64,000 nt of DNA, taken from NCBI GenBank assembly GCA_042095375.1, contig JBELBJ010000001.1, positions 44,945 through 108,944 of the forward strand, read 5' to 3'. The notes below the pieces were generated by a model. That model saw only the letters and a list, made by a program, of their open reading frames with translations. It made no database searches and had not been told where the DNA came from. Below are positions 39,786 through 50,307 of this stretch, in pieces. Positions within the stretch are counted from its first letter, which is position 1, and each line of letters starts with the position of its first letter. Source of the stretch: Marinoscillum sp. (GTDB lineage Bacteria > Bacteroidota > Bacteroidia > Cytophagales > MED-G16). Both the position numbers and the translations under genes were made by a program.

Positions 39786-42700
39786 TTAACTTTCTTTTTT
39801 ATTTCTAATTTTTCTCATATACCAAATGTTTGGACTTACTTTTATTTCATCTAGTACATTGTAAGCTCTTTCTTCATTTACCTGCAATTTATTTTCTTCT
39901 TTCCTTTTAATTTTCAAATATTTTGAAATATTACTTTTTGAATCATTCATATCTCCAAATAATATAGCTTCTGAAGGACAGGAAGCAGCGCATGCAACAT
40001 TAATTTCTCCATCTTTTGGCCTTCTATTTTCTTTTTTAGCTTTTAATTTTCCCTCTTGAATTCTTTGTACACACATTGAGCACTTTTCCATAACACCTCT
40101 TGATCTAACGGTTACATCAGGATTAAGAACCATCTTACCTAAATCATTATTCATAGAAGAATTCTTGTCAAATTGTTCATTGTCATGGTATTTAAACCAA
40201 TTAAATCTTCTTACTTTATAAGGACAATTGTTTGCACAATATCTTGTTCCAATACATCTATTGTAAGTCATTTGGTTCAGACCTTCAGTACTATGAGTTG
40301 TTGCTGCAACAGGACAAACAGTCTCACAAGGAGCATTATTACAGTGTTGACACATCATTGGTTGAAAAGTAACATCTGGATTTTCTGAAGCTTTCTCTAA
40401 ACCTTTTAAGTCATGAACATCCGCATCACTTGAATAATATCTATCTATTCTAATCCAAGCCATCTCTCTCCTATTTAAAACTTCATCCTTTCCAACGACC
40501 GGAACATTATTTTCTGCCTGACAAGCAATTGTACATGAACCGCAACCTGTACAAGCATTAAGGTCAATAGCTAATCCCCAGTGATGATTATTATATTTAT
40601 GACCTTTCCATAAAGAAACATCTTCGGGTTTTTTATATCCTTTACTTGTATAAATTTTCATTTGATATTGACCAGAATTAGGATCTTCTACGTACTTTTT
40701 TAGAGTAGTTTCTTGAATAACACTCTCTCTACCCATAATAGTATGATGTGTTTGAGTTTGAGCTATTCTATATTCTTCATTTGAATTTGATAATTGAATA
40801 TTTTTAATAGTTAAATTTTGATAACCTTTTAAAAATTCAATCATTTCATATGCATCTTGTCCAACATTATTTCCAACAGCACCAGATTTTATACGTCCAT
40901 AACCTAAAGCTAGACCAACTGTTCCCTCAGCTTGACCGGGCTGAACAATTGCAGGTATTAAGTATTCTTTTCCAGAATCTAATTTGACTATAAGTTTCTG
41001 TGTTGTCATGTCTCCCACTTGAAGATTTAACTCTTTAGCTAATTTTGAATTTATTGATAAATAATTATCCCAACATACTTTAGATATTGGATCTGGCATT
41101 TCTTGAAGCCATGGGTTATTTGCTTGAATACCATTCCCCACACTAGAGTTTAAATATAGAACCAATTCATTTTCATTAGAAAGCGAATAGTTTTGGTCTA
41201 TCCAAAAAGAAACGTTTTTTAATAAGCTAGATATTTTACTAGTTAAATTTTTTGAATCTTTATCTTTAATCTCATAAAAACCATCATGTAAACATTGATC
41301 CCAAAAAATCTGAAAACTAGTATTTATTCCTTCACTTCTATATAATTTTTCCCAATTACTTTTAATGAAATTAAAATAATCAGAATCATTTTCGGACCAT
41401 TTTAGAAAACTTTCCTGGAATTGTCTAGTATTAAAAAGTTTTGAAATTGTTGGTTGAGAAAAACTAAAAAAACCATGAGTTGGTTCATAATCATTCCAAG
41501 ATTCTAAGTAATGATTATCTGGAGCAATAACTTTTACTTGAGATGTTGTTTCATCCATTCTATCAGAAGTAGAAATAGATAATTGAATATCATTAATCTT
41601 ACTAGATATTTCTGATCCTAATGGGTGATCATAAACTGGATTACAATTTAGGAAAATTACAGCACCAACTTTATCTGTATTTATATCTTTAATGAATTTA
41701 TTAAATTCAAAGTCATTACCATTTCTTAAATTATATGCATTATCAAATGAAATTGTTGTATTATAATTATTTAAAATTTCATTTATAGAATTTATAACAA
41801 TTTGAACATATTCATCATTAGATCCAGAAACTATAATTGAATTTCCAACATTATTAATCAAATCCTCAGCTATCATACTAAGTTTATCATCAACTATTTC
41901 ATTTTTAAATTGGATAGGAGTTTTTCCATATTTTTTAGCTAAAAGATTATATAAACTTGTAATATAAAAAGCTTGTTCAGAACTTTTAATTGGAATTCTA
42001 TAATCTGCATTTGATCCAGTCAAAGATAAATTTGATTCAAATGAATACAATCTTGACATTGTTTTTTTATTAGTATTAACTTTTCTGGTTTTTGCAAATT
42101 GATTATTAAAAAGAGTGTGATTAATTGAACTACCTAAAAAATCATAATCAAAAGAAACTATAACTTTTGCTTTAGAAAAATCATAGAAAGGAATTTTTCT
42201 GATTCCAAATGATTTACTATTTGCTTCAAGAGAACCGTGATAAGAAACTTGATCATATTGAACATGTTTAAAGTTAAATTTGTTCTTAAAACCATCTAAT
42301 ACTTTTTGAGATGAAGGACTAAAAGTAGAGTTTGAAATTATATAATTATTTTTACCCGATTTACTATTTACTTCTAAATTTTCTGATACATAATTATCAA
42401 TATCTTTCCATTCAGCTTTTTTACCATTTAATATTGGATTTTGCAACCTTTCTTTATCATATAATGATAATACAGAGGCCTCTACTTGTGATGATGTCCC
42501 TCCACCATTGACTTTTGAAAGCTTATTTCCTTCAATTTTAATTGGCCTACCTTCACGAGTTTTAACAACTACACTACAATAGTCACTACCACTTACGAAA
42601 GATGAAGCATAATAATTGGCTATTGATGCATCAATATCAACTGGTTTATTAACATATGGAATTGCTTTTTTAATGGGAGCTTCACAAGAAGCTAAAGTTG

Positions 42701-42869
42701 CTGCAGATAATCCAAATCCCATCATTTTAAGAAAGTCTCTCCTCGAGTTATTTGAACTTCCATTAATTGGTAAATATTCAGGAAATTCATTATGAGCATT
42801 TTTGATAAATTCTTTATCATTTCTCAATTGCTCTATTCCTTTCCAATATGTTTTATTTTCCTTTTTCAT
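39786..42869 (-). CDS. actB: Alternative Complex III subunit ActB (molybdopterin-oxidoreductase-like domain fused to a 4Fe-4S ferredoxin domain)
   Basis: 1027 aa with a Tat signal ([10 protein letters not shown]) and C-terminal Cys clusters [37 protein letters not shown] and CSMCVQR. Confidence 0.92.
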   Translation of the reverse strand: MKKENKTYWKGIEQLRNDKEFIKNAHNEFPEYLPINGSSNNSRRDFLKMMGFGLSAATLASCEAPIKKAIPYVNKPVDIDASIANYYASSFVSGSDYCSVVVKTREGRPIKIEGNKLSKVNGGGTSSQVEASVLSLYDKERLQNPILNGKKAEWKDIDNYVSENLEVNSKSGKNNYIISNSTFSPSSQKVLDGFKNKFNFKHVQYDQVSYHGSLEANSKSFGIRKIPFYDFSKAKVIVSFDYDFLGSSINHTLFNNQFAKTRKVNTNKKTMSRLYSFESNLSLTGSNADYRIPIKSSEQAFYITSLYNLLAKKYGKTPIQFKNEIVDDKLSMIAEDLINNVGNSIIVSGSNDEYVQIVINSINEILNNYNTTISFDNAYNLRNGNDFEFNKFIKDINTDKVGAVIFLNCNPVYDHPLGSEISSKINDIQLSISTSDRMDETTSQVKVIAPDNHYLESWNDYEPTHGFFSFSQPTISKLFNTRQFQESFLKWSENDSDYFNFIKSNWEKLYRSEGINTSFQIFWDQCLHDGFYEIKDKDSKNLTSKISSLLKNVSFWIDQNYSLSNENELVLYLNSSVGNGIQANNPWLQEMPDPISKVCWDNYLSINSKLAKELNLQVGDMTTQKLIVKLDSGKEYLIPAIVQPGQAEGTVGLALGYGRIKSGAVGNNVGQDAYEMIEFLKGYQNLTIKNIQLSNSNEEYRIAQTQTHHTIMGRESVIQETTLKKYVEDPNSGQYQMKIYTSKGYKKPEDVSLWKGHKYNNHHWGLAIDLNACTGCGSCTIACQAENNVPVVGKDEVLNRREMAWIRIDRYYSSDADVHDLKGLEKASENPDVTFQPMMCQHCNNAPCETVCPVAATTHSTEGLNQMTYNRCIGTRYCANNCPYKVRRFNWFKYHDNEQFDKNSSMNNDLGKMVLNPDVTVRSRGVMEKCSMCVQRIQEGKLKAKKENRRPKDGEINVACAASCPSEAILFGDMNDSKSNISKYLKIKRKEENKLQVNEERAYNVLDEIKVSPNIWYMRKIRNKKES

Positions 42870-42870
42870 A

Positions 42871-44151
42871 TTAATAGTGACATTTTGAACATTCTAAACC
42901 TCCAATATCTTGTACTTTTAATGGGTTCTTTGAATTTTTACCATGCAAAGCAACTAACTTATCATAATATTCATTCCCTTTAGCGTTTACATTTGTTTCC
43001 CTGTGACAATTAATACACCAACCCATGGTTAATTCAGAATACTGATAAACAACATCCATTTCTTTAATTGGACCGTGACAAGTTTCACATTCAATACCAC
43101 CAACTTTCACATGTTGAGCATGATTAAAATATGATAGATCAGGTAAATTATGAACTCTTACCCACTCAATTGGTTTATTTTCTTCGTAGGCAGTTAATAT
43201 TTTTTGAATTTCTGGTTTATCCGTTTCAATAGCATTATGACAATTCATACATATATTAACTGAAGGAATATTAGCAGATTTTGAAATATTAACTCCAGTA
43301 TGACAATAATTACAATCAATTTCGTATTGACCAGCATGAATTTTATGAGAAAATGCTATTGGTTGAGCTGGTTGATAATTTTGTTGAATTCCAACAGTGT
43401 AAAGTCCATCTATACAAGATCTTACTAAAATGATTGTAAATACAAAAGTAGTTGCACCAAGAATAAAATCACTTTTAAGGAATCTTTTATAATTAAATCT
43501 GTATTCAATAAACTCTTTATCAGAATCAGATAATTTTTTTCCACTTATCGTATCTTCCAATAAGATATATTTTTTTGATAGTTTATTAAATTGAATCAAA
43601 ACAACTAAGGTGATTATTAACAACGTAATGATTAGAAAAGTAAGAATGTTAACAGTAGTATTTGAAACTGATGATTGTAAATCAGAAGAAATCCCTTGAT
43701 CATTACTCTCAGCTGCTACAGCGACTTCAATGGGCTTTGCAGATTCAGATTTTATATATTCTAGTATGGAATTTAATTCTCCATCATTAAAATCAAATGA
43801 GGTCATCAAAGTATTGTTATACTCTTTGTAAAGATTTACAGCATATTCATCACCACTTTGAATTACCTTTTGAGAATTTCTAATAAAAGCATACAACCAT
43901 TCCTCAGATTTTCTTTCATGAACATCTCTAAGGGCAGGGCCAATTACAACATCGTTAATCGCATGGCATACTGTACAATTTCCTTTAAAAATCGACTCGC
44001 CATTTTGAACAATAGAATTATCTACAGATTCAGTATCTTGGGCAAATAAAAAACTGGAGTTTAGATTTGAAAATGATAAAAAAATTGATAGAAAAAAAAC
44101 CGAAATAAATTTCATTTTGGAAGCGATTCTAAAAGAAGAATTTTTAATCAT
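42871..44151 (-). CDS. actA: Alternative Complex III multiheme cytochrome c ActA with an extra N-terminal class-I cytochrome c domain
   Basis: 426 aa with six CxxCH motifs (CTVCH, CNYCH, CMNCH, CETCH, CINCH, CSKCH), a signal peptide and a central TM segment. Confidence 0.88.
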   Translation of the reverse strand: MIKNSSFRIASKMKFISVFFLSIFLSFSNLNSSFLFAQDTESVDNSIVQNGESIFKGNCTVCHAINDVVIGPALRDVHERKSEEWLYAFIRNSQKVIQSGDEYAVNLYKEYNNTLMTSFDFNDGELNSILEYIKSESAKPIEVAVAAESNDQGISSDLQSSVSNTTVNILTFLIITLLIITLVVLIQFNKLSKKYILLEDTISGKKLSDSDKEFIEYRFNYKRFLKSDFILGATTFVFTIILVRSCIDGLYTVGIQQNYQPAQPIAFSHKIHAGQYEIDCNYCHTGVNISKSANIPSVNICMNCHNAIETDKPEIQKILTAYEENKPIEWVRVHNLPDLSYFNHAQHVKVGGIECETCHGPIKEMDVVYQYSELTMGWCINCHRETNVNAKGNEYYDKLVALHGKNSKNPLKVQDIGGLECSKCHY

Positions 44152-44280
44152 TTAGTTATAACTAAATTAAGTTAAAAACATATAAAATTATAATTCACGA
44201 CAAATGTAATTATGGAGAAATTAACATCAAAAGAATATTGAATTATCTGGTTTATTTAGAATATTTCTAAATAATTAAAT

Positions 44281-45963
44281 TTAATACTTGTTAACTTTTA
44301 AATCATTTTCTTTAATTATTCTTCTTAAAATTTTTCCAACATTAGATTTAGGTAGCTCATTAACAAAAGAAACATGTTTAGGGCATTTATAAGAAGTGAG
44401 TTTTTCCTTACAATGCTCGATAATTTCATTATCAGTTAACAACTCATCTTTTTTAACTACCACAGCTTTCACCGCTTCAGTTGTTTTTTTATCTGGCACT
44501 CCTATAACACCTACTTCTAATACTTTTGGATGTGAAGAAATAACATGTTCAACTTCATTTGGAAATACATTGAATCCTGAAACCAAAATCATCTCTTTTT
44601 TCCTATCAACTATTTTAATAAATCCATCTTTATCCATAATTGCTATATCCCCAGTTTTTAACCAATTTCCTAACATAACTTCTGATGTTTCATTTTGTCT
44701 TTGCCAATACCCTTTCATTACTTGTGGACCTTTCACACAAAGTTCACCCCTCTCACCTAAATTTACTTCTTTGTTTTTGTCATCTACAAACTTCACATTA
44801 GTACTTGGCAATGGAAGACCAATAGTACCAATTTTATCAGTTCCATCAAGTGGATTCATTGTTACTACTGGTGATGTTTCTGTTAAACCATAACCCTCTG
44901 ACAAAGGACTTCCAGTTATTTCTTTCCATTTATTTGCAACAATTTTCTGAACTGCCATTCCTCCCCCAAATGCAACTTTTAATTTTGTAAAATCTAATTC
45001 CTTGAAGCCATCTGCATTAATTAATCCATTAAATAATGTGTTAACACCAGTAATAACAGAAAATTTATGTTTAGATAATTCTTTCACAAAGCCTTTCATA
45101 TCTCTTGGATTTGTAATTAACACGTTTTTTGCACCCATTTTGAACATAACAAGAGCATTACACACTAAAGCAAATATGTGATACAAAGGCAATGCAGTTA
45201 TACAAATTTCTTTTTTATCACTTAATAAAGTTTTCATAACCTCATGAATCTGTGAAAGATTTGATAATACATTATAATGGGTAAGCATAGCACCCTTTGA
45301 AACTCCAGTTGTTCCACCTGTATATTGTAAAAAAGCAATGTCATCAGATTTAATTTTATGTTTTTTGAAATCATGTTTAGACCCGGTTTCTAATGCTTTT
45401 TTGAATGATACAGCTTCCGGAAGATTATATTTAGGAACCATTTTTTTTATATTTTTCACAACAAAATTTGTAATGAAGCCTTTAATTCCACCTAACATAT
45501 CACCTATATTAGAAACAATAACATGTTTAATATGTGTATTAGAAATTATCTTTTCTAGGTTGTAAGCAAAATTCGATAAAATTAATATTGCTTTTGCACC
45601 AGAATCTTTAAACTGATGTTGCATCTCATTTGGAGTATAAAGTGGATTTGTATTTACCACGACAATACCTGACCTTAAAGCTGCAAAAAGAGCAATGGGA
45701 TATTGCAATACATTAGGTGATTGTATTATTAACCTATCTCCTTTTTTTAATTTTAATTCTTCAGTTAGATACAGAGAAAAGTTTTTTGAGAGAATATCTA
45801 ATTCATTGTAAGTAATAGTTTTACCCATGTTTTCAAAAGCAATTAAATCAGAATAATTTTTGAATCCATCATCCAAAAATTCAGCAAAAGAATTGTATGC
45901 ATCTAGATTAGCAGAGGTATTAACTCCATTAGGGTAATTTTTTAACCAAATTTTATTTTTCAT
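44281..45963 (-). CDS. fadD: Long-chain fatty acid--CoA ligase
   Basis: 560 aa with AMP-binding motifs YTGGTTGVSKGA, GYGLTE and TGD, and a C-terminal GKILRR. Confidence 0.9.
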   Translation of the reverse strand: MKNKIWLKNYPNGVNTSANLDAYNSFAEFLDDGFKNYSDLIAFENMGKTITYNELDILSKNFSLYLTEELKLKKGDRLIIQSPNVLQYPIALFAALRSGIVVVNTNPLYTPNEMQHQFKDSGAKAILILSNFAYNLEKIISNTHIKHVIVSNIGDMLGGIKGFITNFVVKNIKKMVPKYNLPEAVSFKKALETGSKHDFKKHKIKSDDIAFLQYTGGTTGVSKGAMLTHYNVLSNLSQIHEVMKTLLSDKKEICITALPLYHIFALVCNALVMFKMGAKNVLITNPRDMKGFVKELSKHKFSVITGVNTLFNGLINADGFKELDFTKLKVAFGGGMAVQKIVANKWKEITGSPLSEGYGLTETSPVVTMNPLDGTDKIGTIGLPLPSTNVKFVDDKNKEVNLGERGELCVKGPQVMKGYWQRQNETSEVMLGNWLKTGDIAIMDKDGFIKIVDRKKEMILVSGFNVFPNEVEHVISSHPKVLEVGVIGVPDKKTTEAVKAVVVKKDELLTDNEIIEHCKEKLTSYKCPKHVSFVNELPKSNVGKILRRIIKENDLKVNKY

Positions 45964-46050
45964 TTTTAAAAGACAATTTTATTTATTTTAAAAGTAATAC
46001 TTTGAAAGTATAAAAAAAATTGTTTTATGTTCTAAGTAGGGTAAAAAGAA

Positions 46051-46077
46051 AAAGGGGATTTAAAAAAAACCCCCTTT
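46051..46077 (-). terminator. Orphan terminator-like hairpin in the fadD/lrp divergent intergenic region
   Basis: AAAGGGG (46051-46057) pairs with CCCCTTT (46071-46077), with an inner TTT/AAA extension. Read on the minus strand, the stem is followed by TTCTTTTT. It lies about 80 nt upstream of the fadD ATG, and no gene lies upstream of it on that strand. Confidence 0.35.
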
Positions 46078-46235
46078 ATGTAAACAACATTAACCCAAAA
46101 ATGAAGTCGTAATTTATTGATCCAATAATTTAAATTAGATTTTTTTAAAAAAATTGATATAATTTTTATAAAAAATTTAAATATTTATAAAAAAAAATAA
46201 TTTATTTTGAAAATTATTTAAAAATAAATAGAAAT

Positions 46236-46694
46236 ATGAATGAAAATTACCAAATTGATAATACTGATTTAAAGATTTTATCCCTACTTTCAAAGAATGC
46301 CAAGATACCTTACACTGAAATTGCAAAAAAAGTTTTTGTTTCAGGAGGAACTGTTCATGTAAGAATGAAGAAACTTGAAAAATTAGGAATAGTTAAAGGA
46401 AACAAATTAGTAATTGATTATTCTAAATTAGGATATAGCATAACATGTTTTATGGGGATTTTTTTAGAGAAAAGTTACCTATATAAAGAAACAGTCAGAT
46501 CATTGAAAATGATTCAAGAAATTGTTGAAATACATGCTATAACTGGCAGATATACTATATTCATCAAGATATTTTGTAAGGATACATCACATTTAAGAAA
46601 AGTTTTAGATCAGAAAATTCATAAAATAAAAGGTATTACAAGAACTGAATCTTTTCTTTCAATTGAAGAGAATTCTAAGGAAATCTTACTATAA
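46236..46694 (+). CDS. Lrp/AsnC family transcriptional regulator
   Basis: 152 aa with an N-terminal wHTH (DLKILSLLSKNAKIPYTEIAKKV) and a C-terminal RAM/AsnC-type effector domain. Confidence 0.9.
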   Translation: MNENYQIDNTDLKILSLLSKNAKIPYTEIAKKVFVSGGTVHVRMKKLEKLGIVKGNKLVIDYSKLGYSITCFMGIFLEKSYLYKETVRSLKMIQEIVEIHAITGRYTIFIKIFCKDTSHLRKVLDQKIHKIKGITRTESFLSIEENSKEILL

Positions 46695-46744
46695 TTAAAA
46701 AAAAACGAATAATAACTAAACTTTTTTTAAGAAATTAAGTTAAT

Positions 46745-46752
46745 TAAATTTG
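46745..46752 (+). promoter_or_regulatory. Candidate Bacteroidota -7 promoter element upstream of sufB
   Basis: TAAATTTG matches the TAnnTTTG consensus and lies 22 nt upstream of the sufB ATG. I found no clear -33 TTG partner. Confidence 0.3.
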
Positions 46753-46774
46753 TATTATAATTAGAATTTAAATT

Positions 46775-48220
46775 ATGAGTAAAGAATCGAAGATAATTAA
46801 AGAGTTTACTTCCAAAGAATATGAGCATGGTTGGTCAGTTAATTTTGATGCTGACGAAGCGCCAATTGGAATAAATGATGATATAATTAAATTTATCTCA
46901 AAAAAGAAAAATGAACCAAGTTGGTTGTTGAAGTGGAGATTAGAAGCATTCAAAATATTTAAAAAAATGGATGAGCCTAATTGGGCAAATTTAAACTATA
47001 CAAAAGTTGATTTTCAAAAAATAAAATATTACTCTGCTCCTAAACAAAAAAAATCTCTAAAATCATTAAAAGATGTTGATCCAGAATTGATTAAAACATT
47101 TAATCGATTAGGTATTTCATTAAATGAACAAAAAAAATTAACCGGTGTTGCAGTGGATGCCGTTATAGACTCTGTGTCCATAGCAACTACTTTTAAAGAT
47201 AAATTGTCAGAACTTGGAATTATTTTTTGTTCATTTTCTGAAGCTGTAAATGAACACCCTAAGCTTGTAAAGAAATATTTAGGAACTGTAGTGCCTAGAA
47301 ATGATAACTATTTTGCAGCCTTAAATTCAGCAGTATTTTCTGATGGGTCTTTCTGCTATATTCCAAAAGGTATTAGATGTCCAATGGAACTTTCTACATA
47401 TTTTAGAATTAATGCTGCAAATACTGGTCAATTTGAAAGAACTCTAATTATTGCTGAAGATAGTTCTTATGTAAGCTATCTAGAAGGATGTACAGCTCCA
47501 ATGAGAGACGAAAACCAGCTGCATGCTGCTGTTGTTGAAATTTTTGCGGCAAAAAATGCTGAAGTTAAATATTCAACAGTTCAAAACTGGTATCCTGGAG
47601 ACGAGAATGGCAAAGGGGGTATTTATAATTTTGTTACAAAAAGAGGGATTTGTTTCGGAAACAATTCTAAAATTTCATGGACACAAGTTGAAACTGGATC
47701 TGCAGTAACTTGGAAATATCCTTCATGTATATTAAAAGGAGATCATTCTGTAGGAGAATTTTATTCAGTTGCTGTAACTAACAATTATCAACAAGCGGAC
47801 ACCGGTTCTAAAATGATTCATATTGGAAAAAATTCTAAATCAAAAATTATTTCTAAAGGAATCTCTGCTGGGTTTTCCCAAAATAGTTATCGTGGACAAG
47901 TTAAGATTATGAAAAGAGCAAAAAACTCTCGAAACTTCTCACAGTGTGATTCTCTTCTACTAGGAAATAAATGTGGAGCTCACACATTTCCTTATATTGA
48001 TGTTGAAAATAAATCCTCATTAGTAGAACATGAAGCTACAACTTCAAAAATTGGAGAAGATCAGATATTCTACTGTTTACAAAGAGGAATTGATGAAGAA
48101 AATGCTATTGCTCTTATAGTAAATGGTTATGCTAAAGAAGTATTAAAACAACTTCCTATGGAGTTTTCGGTTGAAGCTCAAAAGCTTTTATCTTTAACTT
48201 TAGAGGGAAGCGTAGGCTAA
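46775..48220 (+). CDS. sufB: Fe-S cluster assembly scaffold protein SufB
   Basis: 481 aa, full-length SufB-like (N-terminal KEYEHGW..., WRLEAF, C-terminal beta-helix). Confidence 0.96.
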   Translation: MSKESKIIKEFTSKEYEHGWSVNFDADEAPIGINDDIIKFISKKKNEPSWLLKWRLEAFKIFKKMDEPNWANLNYTKVDFQKIKYYSAPKQKKSLKSLKDVDPELIKTFNRLGISLNEQKKLTGVAVDAVIDSVSIATTFKDKLSELGIIFCSFSEAVNEHPKLVKKYLGTVVPRNDNYFAALNSAVFSDGSFCYIPKGIRCPMELSTYFRINAANTGQFERTLIIAEDSSYVSYLEGCTAPMRDENQLHAAVVEIFAAKNAEVKYSTVQNWYPGDENGKGGIYNFVTKRGICFGNNSKISWTQVETGSAVTWKYPSCILKGDHSVGEFYSVAVTNNYQQADTGSKMIHIGKNSKSKIISKGISAGFSQNSYRGQVKIMKRAKNSRNFSQCDSLLLGNKCGAHTFPYIDVENKSSLVEHEATTSKIGEDQIFYCLQRGIDEENAIALIVNGYAKEVLKQLPMEFSVEAQKLLSLTLEGSVG

Positions 48221-48231
48221 AATTTAATATT

Positions 48232-48966
48232 ATGTTATCTATAAAAAAATTAAAAGTATCAATTGAAAATAATCTAATTTTAAAAGGACTTAATCTTGAG
48301 ATTAATCAAGGAGAAGTTCATGCAATAATGGGGCCTAATGGATCAGGAAAAAGTACGCTTGCCTCAGTAATTGCTGGTAATGAAAATTATAAGGTTGAAA
48401 GTGGATCAATTTCTTTTTACGGAAAAAATATTAATGATTTTTCACCAGATGAAAGAGCAATGATGGGAGTTTTCCTTGCGTTTCAATACCCAGTTGAAAT
48501 ACCAGGAGTGTCAACTATAAATTTCATAAAAACAGCTTTAAATAGAATCAGAGAGTTTAATAAGAAAAAACCTCTCGATGCTGTAAACTTTCTAAAAACT
48601 ATGAAGAAAAAAATGAATCTAGTAAAAATTGATAGAGATTTACTTAGTCGATCAATAAATGAAGGGTTTTCAGGAGGTGAAAAAAAAAGAAACGAAATAT
48701 TTCAAATGGCTATGCTAGAACCAAAATTATCAATACTAGATGAAACAGATTCTGGATTAGATATAGACGCTCTTAAAATTGTTTCTAATGGTGTAAATAA
48801 ATTAAGAACAAAAAATAATTCAACAATAGTTGTAACCCACTATCAAAGATTATTAGACTATATTGTCCCAGATTATGTTCACGTATTAATAGATGGAAAA
48901 ATTGTAAAAAGTGGCAGTAAAGATTTAGCAATAGAATTAGAAAATAAGGGTTATGACTGGCTATAA
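48232..48966 (+). CDS. sufC: Fe-S cluster assembly ATPase SufC
   Basis: 244 aa with Walker A GPNGSGKST, signature FSGGEKKR and Walker B ILDETDSGLD. Confidence 0.96.
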   Translation: MLSIKKLKVSIENNLILKGLNLEINQGEVHAIMGPNGSGKSTLASVIAGNENYKVESGSISFYGKNINDFSPDERAMMGVFLAFQYPVEIPGVSTINFIKTALNRIREFNKKKPLDAVNFLKTMKKKMNLVKIDRDLLSRSINEGFSGGEKKRNEIFQMAMLEPKLSILDETDSGLDIDALKIVSNGVNKLRTKNNSTIVVTHYQRLLDYIVPDYVHVLIDGKIVKSGSKDLAIELENKGYDWL

Positions 48967-48993
48967 TCTCTTTATAAAAATAAAAGTTAAATA

Positions 48994-50307
48994 ATGTTTA
49001 AATCTGGTAGTCTGATATTTGATGATAAAAAAATAAAGGATTTTATTAATAAAGAATCTAATCCGTTTTTAAAAAAAAGTAGAAATAACTTTTTAAAAAA
49101 ATTAGGTGAGATGAAATTTAATATTAAAGAAGAATATAAATATACTCCGCTAAAACAGACCATTGAAAAAAACTTTAATTTAAGATTTGAAATTGAAAAA
49201 AACATTTCATCTACCACAGAGAAAAAAATTTTACCATACATTATTAACGATAATAATGTTTATCAAATTATAACTTTGGATGGTAAAATTTTGAAAAAAT
49301 TTTCAAATATTTCCTCTAAAATATCTTTTAAAAACTTCGACGAATTAGATAAAAAAGAGAAAAGTTTATTGCACCATCACTTTGGAGAAAATGATGATTC
49401 AGATGATGATATTTTTTCTGCATTAAATGGAGTACTTTGGTCTAAAGGATTATTTGTATACATTAAAAAAAATCAAGTTATTGACAGACCTATTATTGTA
49501 AATAATTTTTATACATCTGAAAAAAATATTTTCAGTTCACAATTGAGAAAATTTATTTTTATGGAAAAAAATTCAAAGCTATCAATATGTGAATTTGACT
49601 ACTCACTAATTTCTAATAATTTTAATAGTAATGTAACTGAAATTATACTTGAAGAGCGTTCAGAGTTAGATTATTTTAAAATTCAAAATGATTCAAATAA
49701 CTCAACATCTTTTAATAGCACTAATATTAAACAGAAAAAAAATAGTATTTCAAATACATTTACTTTTTCTTTTTCTGGTGATATTATTAGAAATAACCTT
49801 AATATATCTTTGATTGATGAAAATTGTTATTGTAACATGTATGGAATATATGCTTTAAATAATAAATCACATGTAGATAACCATACATCTGTAGACCACA
49901 TGCAAAAAAATTCTATTAGCAATGAACATTATAAAGGAATTATGAATGGCCATTCAAATGGTGTTTTTAATGGTAAAATTTTTGTAAGAAAAGAAGCACA
50001 AAAAACAAATGCTTTCCAATCTAATAATAATATTATATTATCTGATAATGCAAAAATTAATACAAAACCACAATTAGAAATTTGGGCTGATGATGTTAAA
50101 TGCTCTCATGGATGTACAACCGGTCAATTAGATGAGAATGCTATATTTTATTTACAGTCAAGAGGAATTAATAAAGAGAGAGCTGTTTCTATTTTAATTA
50201 ATGCTTTTTTTGATGAAATAATTCAAAAAATAAATCAAAACATAGTAAAAGATAAAATAAACAAAATTTTATCAACAAAAATTGAATCCTACCTAAATGA
50301 GCGTTAA
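48994..50307 (+). CDS. sufD: Fe-S cluster assembly protein SufD
   Basis: 437 aa, SufB/D-family beta-helix with the conserved C-terminal block (PQLEIWADDVKCSHGCTTGQLDE). Confidence 0.93.
   Translation: MFKSGSLIFDDKKIKDFINKESNPFLKKSRNNFLKKLGEMKFNIKEEYKYTPLKQTIEKNFNLRFEIEKNISSTTEKKILPYIINDNNVYQIITLDGKILKKFSNISSKISFKNFDELDKKEKSLLHHHFGENDDSDDDIFSALNGVLWSKGLFVYIKKNQVIDRPIIVNNFYTSEKNIFSSQLRKFIFMEKNSKLSICEFDYSLISNNFNSNVTEIILEERSELDYFKIQNDSNNSTSFNSTNIKQKKNSISNTFTFSFSGDIIRNNLNISLIDENCYCNMYGIYALNNKSHVDNHTSVDHMQKNSISNEHYKGIMNGHSNGVFNGKIFVRKEAQKTNAFQSNNNIILSDNAKINTKPQLEIWADDVKCSHGCTTGQLDENAIFYLQSRGINKERAVSILINAFFDEIIQKINQNIVKDKINKILSTKIESYLNER

Noticed and set aside
44396-44893. A 165-aa plus-strand ORF antisense to fadD. 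There are similar shadow ORFs at 50467-50814 (in sufS), 48987-49241 (in sufD), 60212-60517 (in ribF), 59104-59373, 57698-57949, 61452-61634 and elsewhere.
   Set aside because: - All lie wholly inside well-supported conserved genes on the opposite strand.
- They encode low-complexity S/F/L/I-rich peptides.
- They have no independent signals and are typical shadow ORFs.
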